A stretch of 64,000 bases of DNA from Octopus sinensis (Eukaryota), in assembly GCF_006345805.1 (NCBI RefSeq), contig NC_042997.1:85622001-85686000 (forward strand), given 5' to 3'. Position 1 is the first letter of the stretch. Each line of letters opens with the position of its first letter. A program made the position numbers and the translations under genes. Below the pieces are notes generated by a model, which was not told the origin of the DNA, did no database searches, and saw nothing but the letters and a program-made list of their open reading frames with translations. This document shows, piece by piece, positions 23,611 through 36,033 of the stretch.

Positions 23611-24673
23611 ATCATACTTGTGTACACTGTATGATACTGTGATATTGTACTTGTGTACCCTACTTGTATACAAGTATATCACAGATCTAAAGTTGGCATA
23701 TTTTTAAAGATATAAATCCCTAATGCCAATTTCTCAGCGATGCCATCTGCCTGAAAAGCAACAGTGAAGTAAGTATTAATATATGTAATGTAATGGGCAT
23801 TCAAAAATATAATTAGAAATAGTTAGCATGAGGAAAGTAAGTTGTAAAGCTTTGATGAAAGAGAGAAAAATCTAAACTGCTTAAAAACTCTACTGACATT
23901 TCTGAACAAAGCTATTTACCAAGAAATTACTTCATTTAGATTAATTATCTACATTCTACTCATTTTTCAACTCAGACAACTAATTTAGTAATAGTTAATT
24001 TATGCAATGGTCACAGTTAATTTCTCTCAAAGTTGATCTTTCTTTAACGTATATTGTCAACACCCTCAGAAATAGGCATGAAAATCTTCAGAACTTCTAC
24101 TGCTGGTAGAAAACAATCCACACATGAATCACTATAGGGTGTTGTTGTTTAGTCCCAGGTCAGACCTGATTTAGTAAGCCTATGATCAGAGGCATTCCAA
24201 CCATGATCATTTCATTTTTAAACCCTAGGTCTTTTATCCTTTTCTTTTAGTCAATAAGGTGTCATTTGAGGGAGATTTGGCTGCTATATCTAAAAAATTG
24301 AATGACTGGATATATACAAGCTCATCTGTCACCATGGGATTTAGGCATAAACTAAATAAGCAACAGCTTTAGACTTCAAAATAATTAAAGGGAATATCAT
24401 TATCACCATCATTTTTACATCTTTTCCATGCTTCTGTGCATCAGACACAGTTTTACAAAACAGGTTTTCTAGGATCAGATGCCCATCCTGGTGCCAAAAT
24501 GCACTTGTTCTTAAGCAAGGTAATATTTACCCATGGCCAGACCTATTCTCACACAATGTTGGAAATGAATGATATGGCCTGTAGGACAGTGACAGTCATT
24601 CACAACTATCATACAATGTCAAAGCAAAGGGACACAAATATACACATACATGCACACACACATCTATATATGC

Positions 24674-24714
<41 letters not shown>

Positions 24715-24773
24715 TATATATATATCAAATCAATATGTGTGTGTGTGTGTGTGTGTGTGCATGTGTGTGTATG

Positions 24774-24805
<32 letters not shown>

Positions 24806-24820
24806 TATATATATATATAT

Positions 24821-25040
24821 AGTTAATCCAAACATGAAAGCACAAAGAGAAAACATAACAATGTGAGGACGTGGAACAAGTATAGTATTATTGGACGCTC
24901 AGGAAAGAAGGAAAGAAGGAGGGTTTAACATTTTGAGTGGAGCTCTTCGTCAGAGACATAGGAAAAGGAAAGATCCAAAGAAGGGAAGACGGAGGAAAAA
25001 AAATCGACAATGGTACTCATGCGGACAATGGTACACAGGG
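24821..25040 (-). mobile_element. Penelope-like terminal remnant with a decayed hammerhead (24923-24957)
   Basis: Minus: CTGACGA-a-gag-ctcca-ctc-AAAA-tgtt-aaac. GAAA is mutated to AAAA at a CpG position. PLE assignment is inferred. Confidence 0.5.
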
Positions 25041-25100
25041 GAGTGAAGTTCAATTTAGTGGTACTAAAATGAATTACTCATTGTATTATATACATATAAA

Positions 25101-25542
25101 TAGATAGGTTTAAGAGACAGAATCACCCTCAAACAACTCAATCATCATAGAATGACATTATCCACAATAGGTACATATAGGACTAAATATTAAAATTATC
25201 AAAATTAATACCTACAATTCTTATTCCAAATTATCAAAATTAATACTGTCAATTCTTATTTCAAATCATATACTTTACTACATGCATTTCATGACAACAT
25301 ATTCCTCGATATTACTGAAATAGAATGTCTCTAAATGCAATACCATATGAATACGATTATATTGCCAATCTTCAGGTCTAGCATATATGATCTTATTTTG
25401 CTATTTAGATCCTATATAAAGACATGACAAACTAAAATTATATAACTAGAAGTTGTTGGAATAATTTTACTTTAGTAAATAATGTCATTCAGTGATGATT
25501 GAGTTACTTGAGGGTGAATCTGTCTCTTAAACCTATCTATCT

Positions 25543-25545
<3 letters not shown>
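25101..25545. mobile_element. MITE-like element with ~62-bp terminal inverted repeats
   Basis: tagataggtttaagagacagaatcaccctcaaacaactcaatcatcatagaatgacattat (from 25101) is the reverse complement, with few mismatches, of 25480-25541. Confidence 0.75.
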
Positions 25546-25601
<56 letters not shown>

Positions 25602-26097
25602 CATATGTGTGTGTGTGTGTGTGTGGTGTGTGTGTGTGTGTATAAAAATTATATACAAAAGGAGAAAGTCACTAAATGGTTTTCCAACATGCTAGATATA
25701 GGAGTTAAATCCTAAACCACGAAAAATCTAATTCTTATTTTACTCATGCTGGCCACTGGTTAAAATTAATATTTAATTTTTACCGTATATTTTTAGATGT
25801 AAATATATATATATACTAAATATGTGGGAAATTCTGTCTGTGGGTGTGTTTGTGGAGTTGTTAGCTAACTCCTCCTACAGCAAGCAATAATAAATCTCTG
25901 AACGAGATGTAAACAGTAACTGCACGACAATGTAAAGTATACTAGTCATCTCAATATGGCTAACCACTAAGGGTGGGTGTTACTGTAGCTTGAAGCCCCA
26001 GGAGATCATCGTCTCCAGCTGGCTTTAGGCACACTTTCTGTGCCCTTATGGTATTTGCAAAGGGAGGTCATCCCTCTCTTGTCAACCTAAGTGATAT

Positions 26098-26140
26098 GCA
26101 TGGACTGCAGTTTCTAGGTATTTGCCTGTCTTCAGCGTAC
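26098..26140 (-). ncRNA. Minimal type-I hammerhead motif (left arm of the inverted repeat)
   Basis: gtacg-CTGAAGA-caggcaaataccta-GAA-ACTGCAGT-C-catgc. Palindromic stem III, GUC cleavage triplet; stem I has one mismatch. Confidence 0.55.
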
Positions 26141-26291
26141 GATAATCACCGGTTTTCAATGAAGGGAGACCATTTGCAAATCCTTATTTATTGTGCAGAC
26201 AGTTTTTCGAAATCAGTGCTGAAAAGTTACCGGAAAAACAATAAATAAGGATTTGCAAACAGTCTCCCTTCATCGAAAACCGGTGATTGCC

Positions 26292-26334
26292 GTACGCTGA
26301 AGACAGGCAAATACCTAGAAACTGCAGTCTATGT
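26292..26334 (+). ncRNA. Minimal type-I hammerhead motif (right arm of the inverted repeat)
   Basis: gtacg-CTGAAGA-caggcaaataccta-GAA-ACTGCAGT-C-tatgt. Core intact, stem I weakened. Confidence 0.5.
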
Positions 26335-27164
26335 GTATCACTTAGGTTGACAAGAGAGGGATAACCTCCCTTTGCAAATACCATAAGGGCACAGAAAGTG
26401 TGCCTAAAGCCAGCTGGAGACGATGATCTCCTGGGGCTACAAGCTACAGTAACACCCACCCTTAGTGGTTAGCCATATTGTGATGGCTAGTATACTTTAC
26501 ATCTTCCTACATCGTTTTATTGATTTTGATGAAACTTGACATGTGAGTAGAACTCATATCTGGAAACTTCATGGCATGCTCAGATTGTTGAACAAAATTG
26601 ATAATAGGTGCCCTAGGAAAGGATCCTTTTATATATGTAATATATTTCATTTAAACAGCCAATAGAAATAACCCATTCATTTACCTAAATCATTTGGTAT
26701 AAATAAAATTGAGTATGTTTATTTCTTAGTATTTGAACTGTTAGAATTATTTTCACAATTTATCCAGAACAGCTCTTAAACAAGTAAATAGTATTTTTCT
26801 AAACAATAGATACACTTATTTCAGTTAGCAACTTATTCACGAATATACCAACACTAGTGCTGCTGAGGGTAATATTCTCTGGGAACGTACAAAAGCCCTT
26901 TTCAGAGTTATTTACTTTGAATTGCTATTATTAACTAATTTCATGTTATTGCATAATTGACTTCACAATTCGGGTATTCATAACTTATTGGGAATTCCTA
27001 AAAACAAGATCCTGTGTAAGACAGTTTATTATTCTCTGTAAATTCACAAAAACCGTTTCAAGGGCTACATACTTTGTATTGTTGCTATTGTATTAACGAA
27101 ACAATGATGAGAACAGTACCAAAGGATAAGCGCCGTTTTCACGGGAATTACCAGGTATGTCAGC

Positions 27165-27195
<31 letters not shown>

Positions 27196-27198
<3 letters not shown>

Positions 27199-28046
27199 GT
27201 GCAATAGGTAAATTGTCACCATTTTCTAGTTTTTAATTTCACTCAAGTGCATTGTTTGTTTTTGATTTTGTTGACTACAGAGTATAGTAGGGTCAGTTGG
27301 GCACTGTCTGTGAGAAAAACAGCACCAGGATGCAATTCAATCGGCCAGAAATTTGGAAACAACATGCTGTGCTGCTTGGCATTTGCACCTGAAGCTCCAA
27401 TACAGATAGTTGCTGAATACACAGAACAACCATTGGCTTGCCATGTCCCCAAAACATGTACCGAGAGTGACAAAAATCAAACGTCCAATCAACATCATGG
27501 TGTATGGAGTGATCAGTAGTGATGGTAAAGTTATGCCTCGATTCATCTTCACACACAGCCTCAGATTCAACACGGAGGCCTACATCAAGTGCCTGAATGA
27601 GGTAGTGCTGCCCTGGGAGAAGAGAGTAGCTGCTGGAAGACCCTATGTCTGCACCATGCCATACAAGCAGGAGAACCCAGTCATGGCTGTCAGGCAATTT
27701 CAGCAAACACAACACCCCTAACATTTGGCCACCTAACTCTCCAGACTGCAGCTCCCTTGATTACTATGTGTGAGTTGCAGTTGAGTGAGAGAGCAACAAA
27801 ACTCCTTGTAATACCAAATATGAACTGAAGGTAAGGATTATGGCAGCATTCATTAACTTAAACTGTCCAGAAGATTCCAAAATCATCTGGAGGCCATGGT
27901 TGAAGCCCATGGCGATTTTGTTGAATAAATGTGCTCTTTAGTACTTCAAGATATTTTAATGTAACTTAGGTAAATATATGTCAAAATGGGATGTCAGTGT
28001 TATTTTCATTTTTGCGTAATTTAAATAATATATTCACTGCAACCTG
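27196..28046 (+). mobile_element. Internally deleted maT/DD37D-like element with both termini, in (AT)n
   Basis: Translation ...PINIMVYGVISSDGKVMP...NIWPPNSPDCSSLDYYV*; termini gggtgcaataggtaaattgtc / atattcactgcaacctg|TA. Confidence 0.8.
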
Positions 28047-28058
28047 TATATATGTGCA

Positions 28059-28104
<46 letters not shown>

Positions 28105-28105
<1 letters not shown>

Positions 28106-28665
28106 GGTTTCTTTCAGTTTCCATTTACTAAATCTACTTATAAGGCTTTGGTCAGCTTAGGGCTGTTGTAGGAGACACTTGCCCAGTTGGTCACTCAGTA
28201 GAACTGAACCAAGAATCATGTGGTCAAGATGCAAACTTCTTACTACACTGTCATACCTGAACCTATATGTTTTCGATATTATAGTGACCCTTAGGATGGT
28301 GAGCTGGCAGAATTGTTAGCATGCTGGGCAAGACACTTAGCAGCATTTCATCAGTTTTTATGTTCTGAATTCAAATTCCACTGAGGTCAACTTTGCCTTT
28401 CATTCTTTTGGGGTCAATAAAATAAGTACCAGTTGAATACTGGGGTCAATGTAATCTACTTTCTCCCTCCCCCATTATGGGAGAATTGTCTTCTAGTTTA
28501 GACTCAAGTCAACCAAGGCTTTGTGAGGCAAAAAGACTAACAGAATAAGTACAAGGCTTAAAGAGAATATCTTGGGATAGATTTCTTCAACTAAATTCCT
28601 TTTAGGCAGTGATCCAGCATGGCCGCGGTCAAGTGACAGAAACAAGCAAAAGAATAAAAGAATCA
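28105..28665. mobile_element. Cluster of SINE pieces: family B head (-), family A (+, 28298-28470), family B tail (+)
   Basis: Similarity to the other copies in the window. Confidence 0.75.
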
Positions 28666-29495
28666 GGTCTGACTTGGGATTAAGCATAATCAACAACAAC
28701 AACAACAACAACCATTATCTTCATAACAGCTGCAAGATCAAAGATAGACATTTGAGATTCACTTATGCTACAGTCCTAGAAATAACATTATATTAATTAA
28801 TATGCTTCAGGCCTTCTTTTATTGGACTATTTTCCTGTGATTAAAAATAGTTCAAAGAATTAACTGATAGGTTGATAGGGTAAAACAAAGTGTTCACTGC
28901 AAGAAATATGCAGAAACATAGTAAATGAGAAATGTCAACCGGCCTAACTATCAGAAAGATCTTTGTTAAACTGATATTTAGTTAGGAATTTGAGAAATCA
29001 GTATAAAACCAAAATATAAGAAAAAAAAGAAGACATGAAATACATAGATCAATAGATCAATAAGTACTATAGTTATTGAACATTGGAGAATTTACAGAGG
29101 AGCTGTTTTGTACCTAAAATGAAGTAGATAAAAAAAAAAAGAGATATTGATCTGAAATATTATAGCTGTAGGAAATTATTGCAGTAGAAGATAAAAGAAG
29201 ATTTATACCATACCCTTTCTATGAGTTAAATAGCGGTATATGATTAGATACGCTACAGCCTGAAAATATTGTTATTTTCATATTGATTTCTACCCAGAGA
29301 TATGGGAGATTTTTGGTGAGAATTAATATCGTTTCCTCCAATCACTGATTACATTACTTAGCTGTAGAATGTTGCAACAACAACATATTACACCCCACTA
29401 ACATTCTTGTATTCCTTTACAGGTGGTCTCAGTCATTGGACACATGCACATAAACAAACACACACACACTGATATATACATATATATCCATGATA

Positions 29496-29566
<71 letters not shown>

Positions 29567-29706
29567 TGTATATATGTATGTATATAGTTCAAAGTATGGA
29601 AGAAAGTGGTTACCTGAGAAACGTAAATGACATGAAACTTTGAGCAGTGGTGCAATTCATTCAATAATTATACTTTATTAGCGGTATTGATTGCCACATA
29701 ATATAT

Positions 29707-29774
<68 letters not shown>

Positions 29775-29816
29775 TATATATAGACACACACACACACACA
29801 CATACAAACACACACA

Positions 29817-30701
29817 GAGTGTGTGGTGAATAAACTGTTGTCTAAATTACTAAAAAATGAAAATAGCATTGACATCTCATTTTAACAGATGTATTTACTA
29901 AAATTACATAAAAATATCTTCAAATACTAAAGAGTAAATTTATTCAATAAAATCGCCATGGATTTCAACCATGGCCTCCAGACGACTTCAGAATCTCCTG
30001 CAATTCTTCTTGATGGTCTTATTTAAGTTGGTGAATGTTGCCATAATCCTTGCCTTCAATTCATCTTTGGGATTACTAGAAGATTTGTTGGTCTCTCACT
30101 TAAATGTGCCCCATACATAATAATTAAGGGGGTTGCAGTCTGGGGAGTTAAGTGACCAGATATTAGGGTAGATGTGGTTGCAGAAATTGTCTGACAACCA
30201 TGACTGGGTTCTCCTGTCTGTGTGGCATGGTGCAGAGACCTGTTGCCAGACATGAGGTCTTTCAGCAGCCATCCTCTTCACCCAATACAGCACTACCTCC
30301 TCTAGGCACTTGATGTGAGCCTCCATGTTGAGTCTGAGGCTGTGTAGGAAGATGAATGACGGCATAACATTACCCTCACTAGTGATCACTCCAAACACCA
30401 TGTTGTTGACTGGATGTTTGATTTTTATCACTCTCAGTACATGTCCTCAGATTGCACTGTCCTTAGATTGACACCCAAACACTCTGAAATGTTCATAATA
30501 GAGCTTCTGTACAAATGCCAAGCAGCACAGCATGTCGTTTTCAAATTTCTGGCAGAGTGAATTGTGTCATGGTGCTGTTTTTCTCTCAAGGCAGTGCCAA
30601 ACTGACCCAACTATACTGTGTAGTTGACAAAATCAAAAACAAAACAATGCACATGTGTGAAATGAAAAATACAAAATGGTGACAATTTACCCATCACATC
30701 C

Positions 30702-30702
<1 letters not shown>
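29817..30702 (-). mobile_element. maT/DD37D-like deleted element, same family as 27196-28046
   Basis: ORF 30096-30431 ends ...YPNIWSLNSPDCNPLNYYVWGT; matching termini. Confidence 0.8.
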
Positions 30703-30754
<52 letters not shown>

Positions 30755-31050
30755 CCTTGCCTTCGAAACATGGAGTAGAGGAAACAGGGACAACTGAAGA
30801 AAGGGAATATTCTTTATGTTGTATGTCTTGTTTCTCTGTTTGATTTTTTTTCATTGTTTGAAAAAGTTTGTTTCTATGGTTTTGTTTTTATGTTTTCATT
30901 TCTCATTGTGTTCAACGTTTTTTTTATGTCCTGTACCCATATATGCATGTGTATATATACATATATATGTAGATATGTACATATATGTATGTATATATGC
31001 ATATATTTATATATTATTTATATTATATATATATATATATGTATATATAT

Positions 31051-31107
<57 letters not shown>

Positions 31108-31257
31108 TAAAAGGAATTCCAACCTTGTCTGATATATATAATTTATGAATAGTATTATAGTGGGAATCAAATAGGTCTTGGTAAATTCATTTGAAATGCA
31201 TTTAACGATGTTTTGAACTGACTATTCATCTTTGTTTACTTCCTATCTGCCTGTCTA

Positions 31258-31304
<47 letters not shown>

Positions 31305-31439
31305 ATCTATCTATTTATCTATCTCTATCTCTCTATATATGTATGTATTTACGTACATACGTACATACGTATGTATGTATGCATGTATGTATCTCTTATG
31401 TCCAACTTTTTCTCAAGATGCTTGCACTCTATCATACAA

Positions 31440-31876
31440 ACACACTGACATTGCACATCCAGCAAAGCATCTTGGTTTCATTTCTTTCAAGCCTACACAT
31501 GACCTCAGCTGTCACAAGCCGTGTTTCATTGCCATGTAGCATAGCTGTTCGCATGCAGGCATCATACACTTTACCTTTCACTCTGAGGGTGAGGCACTTT
31601 ATTGCCAGCAGAAGTAGGAGCTCTCTGAACTTTGCTTAGCCTATTCTTATTCTCACAGCTACGCTCTCTGAACAACCACCTCTGCTGCATAAAAGCACCC
31701 ATTACACTCTCAGAGTAATTGGCATTAAGAAGGGCATTCAGCCATAGAGACCATGTCAAATCAGACCGGAGTCTGGTACAGCCTTCAAGTTTGCCAGCCC
31801 TAGTCAAATTGTCAAACCCATGCCAGCATGGACAACAGCTGTTAAATTATGATGATGATGATGATGATGATGATGT
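31440..31876. mobile_element. 5'-inverted RTE copy: ORF fragment (31440-31688, -) joined to a sense 3' end with (GAT)n tail (31689-31876, +)
   Basis: Minus segment translates GCSESVAVRIRIG*AKFRELL...LRVKGKVYDACMRTAMLHG..., homologous to ~12607-12855; plus segment is homologous to ~13790-13980. Confidence 0.75.
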
Positions 31877-33289
31877 TCTTTGTGCAACATGTGATCAAGC
31901 ATTGTCTTGCAAGAGAAATGGCCTGTCTCTATTGACTAATTTCGGTTGTTTAATTGTAAGTTCACTCATCATTTCATCCAATTGGTTGATGTATACATCG
32001 GCTGTAATTTAATTACCAGGTCTACACCTATCAAACCATGAAAATTCCTCACTACATCTTATATTACTACAGCCAAAATCAGTTTTTATCCAGTTGGAGT
32101 AACTCACTCCAAATTAGGAACTACTGCTCTGCAATATGCAATTGAAATTCTTTTTTCAAATCTCATTCTATGGACACAACTTCTATAGTGTAAAGATAGT
32201 TGAGCATAAAGACCAACTCTCAACTGTCAACTGTGTTTAACCTGTAAATTTTCTTAGTTTTTAAGTTATACTTACATTCTCAACTCATGTGTATGAAGCC
32301 TATGTTGTAATCCTTTATATGTTCAACTGGTATGTAAAGGAGCCAGAAGTTTCATCCTTTAGCATTAAGATTACTCTTTGCCTTATTTATCCACATTGTT
32401 TTGGATTTATCTTGCATAATCTTATAGCCTTAAGATTCTGATAATGTAATTGTTTATCCTTAAGCTGACATTCTAGGGTAAGCGTAAGAGGCCAGATCTG
32501 GCTAGTTTTAATGTAAAGCATACAGAATATTTGTACCAGATGTGATGGGTTTAAACACTAAATGGTTAAATGATAGTAACAGAGAATCAAGCTACAATTT
32601 CATGTCATACACAGCATGCTTAATTTTAAGTACAAGATTTCATAACCATGACCCCACTTATTAGATATTCAATCAATTTGTTATTGGAATACATTAGACA
32701 CAAGGATATATTTGAAGGTTTTCAGTTTAAATTTTCTTGTATACAAACAAAAAGAAAATATTTTTCTTCCATCATATTTAAAATATTGAGTGACAATTTG
32801 GGATCCTATATTAACCAAACAACTATAACTTTTACTATTTTTATAAGACAAATAATATTTGTGTATTAAGGCTACCATTGGTTTCATGTTAAGGAATACC
32901 TCAGCAGTTATCGAGACTATTACATGGAATATTGGTGTTTTTCCTTTATTTGTTCAATATTTAAGATGGACAACTACTATTAACAATTATGGTGTATATA
33001 TATCAAGGATGTGTGAACACATCACTGCAAAGAAGTCAATACACTCATAAGAAGGATTATACTGTACTATTCTATTATTTCTGTGTTTAATAATTTTATA
33101 CTGTTCTGTATAGTTCATTTTATTATTGAAACCATTCCAGCTAAGTTTTTATTACCGCATTTATCACTTTTATTAAATATTAACTTATCTGGTGATAAAT
33201 TAGAAAATGTCAAATAATTTTATCTGTAATGAGTTTTACAAAAGCAGACAAGTGATTGGGACTTTTATTTATACATATTCTCTTTTCAT

Positions 33290-33780
33290 TCAGTATTTTG
33301 TTGTCGTTGTTGTTATCATGTATCATATCCCTACAGTGCATTGATAACACTGCAGTGAATGTCTTCCCAATTAATCATAAGATCTCCAGCTGCCTTGCTA
33401 CTCTTGTCCAACTAGCTTTTGATATTGTCCATCCATTGCACTCTTTGCCTACCTCTCAATATGCTGCCCTTTATTCTTTTATTCTTTCTTCTATGATAAT
33501 TTTTCCCAGACCCTTGCTTCTTTGAATATGGTCTTAATAGAAGTGCTTTTGTTCTTTCATAATGTTCAATTGTTGTCGGTTTTCAATTGTTGTAACAACC
33601 ATTCTCCTATACACCTACATTTAAAATGTATTGATTATGTTTTCTTCAAATTTGTTCAGTCCATGGTTCACAACCATAGATGTCTACTGGCCAAATGCGT
33701 GCTTAACTAGCTTTGTTTTTAACTTAGTACACTTTTGCTGCACCAGATGTTATTAAGCTTTTCCATGGACATTCTTGTCA
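33290..33780 (-). mobile_element. Old RTE/BovB-like LINE 3' fragment
   Basis: Minus translation MEKLNNIW...IYGCEPWT..., then a (ACA)n-like tail. Confidence 0.55.
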
Positions 33781-33969
33781 GGGTTAGGCATGTCCTAATT
33801 CCTTTCTTACATGTGGTTTCATCAGAGAGTCGATTTTTATGATTTTTTCAAGACTTATACACGCCCTGATACCGTTGGTATCTACATATCAAATTTGAGC
33901 TCAGTCGGATGGAGGATGCCAGAGATCCTATAAGACACACAGACAGACAGAATGGATTTTATATAATAG

Positions 33970-34611
33970 ACTAGCAGTATCGCCCGGCGTTGCTCGGGTT
34001 TGTAAGGGAAATAACTATATAAGCATTTTTAGAGAGTTATAGCCAAAAAATAGCAAAAAATGCATTAAAAATGGAAAAAATATGATGGTAAATTTTTTTT
34101 TAAATCGTTGACTCATCGTAGACATTTTTAGAGAGTTACTTCCCTTATATAATAGCGAAAAAATGCATTAAAATGGAAAAAAAAAAACGATGGTAAATTT
34201 TTTTTTAAATCGTAGACTCATGTAGACGCTTTCTTAGCCATTTCTGCTTTGGTGTCTTCAAGCCATGAAGTCGTTGTTCTAAAAGAACGCTGGTCTCCTT
34301 GACAACGCATTACGACGTTGATTTCCTTACACTCCCTTCCCCACAGGTGCAGGTGTGAGCGTGGACGCCAACTCCGCCGCCATCGACACACGAAAAATTA
34401 TGCATTAAAATGGAATAAAAAATGATGTTAAATTATTTTTAAAATCGTAGACTCATCGTAGACGCGCGCTAATACTCAGACGGGCTCGATATGAATCACG
34501 ACTATAAGCTACCAGAATTTGGTTAAACTGCACCGCAAAATGTGGGAGTAGTTAGGAATCTAAATCGAAGGGGACAGACACTCACACAACTACAGTTTTA
34601 TATATATAGAT
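33970..34611 (+). mobile_element. Non-autonomous Helitron-like element with internal subrepeats and a ~170-bp unrelated insert (34229-34398)
   Basis: 5' ACTAGCagtatcgcccggcgttgctcggg; 3' acagacac...ttttatatatatagat; three atgcattaaaatgg...aaatcgtagactcatcgtagac units. Directly preceded by the 3' end of a related element (~33800-33969). Confidence 0.7.
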
Positions 34612-34669
34612 ATACATAGCGCAGTAGTGGTGAGATGTGACAGCAAAGAAAAGCATACATTCACTCTCT

Positions 34670-35110
34670 GCATACAATTAGACTCGGAAAGTTCGTGAGG
34701 AACCCATTGACCCAATTTGCTGACTTTTCCGATAGCACACAGGTCTCAATGAATGGTTGAATGACCAAATCCAAGCTTCTCTGCTAGTTCCTCAACAGTT
34801 ACGATGAGATTTTGTTCCACCAGGGTTTTCAGGATGTCCTTGTTGAGTTCTACAGATCTTTCAGGATGAGGCTCGTCTTCTAGGCTGTAGTTTATGGCTC
34901 GGAATTTCTGGAACCACCATTGACACTGCCTTACGCTTATTGTCCAATCCCCATATACTGCATTAATATTTCTTGTACTTTCCGTTGCGTTGTGTCTTTA
35001 TTGAACTCATAAAGCAAAATATGCCAAATATGCTCCTTTGTTACTTCCAACATAGCTTTGAAAAAAATAGCTGTTAAAATCGAAATGCACTCTTCAAAAC
35101 TTGCACTATG
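34670..35110 (-). mobile_element. mariner (DD34D-type) transposase N-terminal remnant
   Basis: EHIWHILLYEFNK...WWFQKFRA...SLEDEP...VEELAEKLG...KLGQWVPHELS (WVPHEL signature). Confidence 0.85.
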
Positions 35111-35932
35111 AATAAGGACAAGATAAAATTACTACCTGCTTTTATAGCAAGTTAATATAAGTAGTTTATCCCATTCCCCTCTGACTTTTAGCTCAAGCTG
35201 TTGAAAAAAACTGCATTATTATATATATATACATACATACATGCATACATATACACACACACTCTTTCTCTCACACACATGCACACATTTATATTCTGTT
35301 ATTCTTTTATATGTTTCAGCCTTGAGGTTGTGGCCATGCTGGATCATGTGTGTGTGTGTGTGTGTGTGTGTCTATCTGTCTGTCTGTCTGTATGTATATA
35401 TGTATATGTATGTGTGTGAACAATAATATTTTCAACAGATGTGTTGCAAATGTATCTGATTGTTCTCAAGCTTCAAATTTACTCTCTTCCAAGAACATTT
35501 TCACTCACTCTTATTTGTTAGCTTCCCATACATTTTACTCATGTATCTATCAGCGTGATAGACAGAAACAAATATTACATCTAGTTTCACTTTATTCGTT
35601 ACACAGTGTGTGTGTGCGTTTGCGTGTGCTGTAAACCAGACTAAGAAAAGCATTTGACACACACACCAGAATGTGAGTTTTCTGTAAATTTTGCTTAATT
35701 GGAGTTTAAATTTTAAAAACTGGACCTGGCATGACGCGATGCATTGTACTCTTAAAAATGCAAGGTAAATTGTAATTGAAGAAATCCTATATTGTAGATT
35801 TGTATAACTCCCAAAGGGAGGCAGATAAAATCTACCTTTTATAATAAGAGATAACAACAAATATTTCATATACACTATATACACTATATATATAGGAAAC
35901 TGAGATGACAAAGGAATAAACAATTATGTTAT

Positions 35933-36033
35933 GAACTTCATTAGCCCTGATGAAGCTATAGGGTGATACACAAGCACTCAACTATGAGTGCATTGCACCT
36001 TATAGCAAAATCAGTTGTAAGCTAATGAAGTTC
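35933..36033 (+). ncRNA. Decayed type-I hammerhead motif at the tip of an imperfect hairpin (35904-36062)
   Basis: gaacttcattagc-c-CTGATGA-a-gctatagggtg...caccttatagc-AAAA-tcagttg-TA-a-gctaatgaagttc. 13-bp stem I and 11-bp stem II; G12 replaced by A. Confidence 0.6.

Larger units (their letters stand above)
25930..26502. repeat. Long inverted repeat: ~265-bp arms, 43-nt spacer (26195-26237)
   Basis: The arms align as reverse complements from atgtaaagtatactag to tccttatttattgt, with about a dozen mismatches, mostly transitions. Confidence 0.95.
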
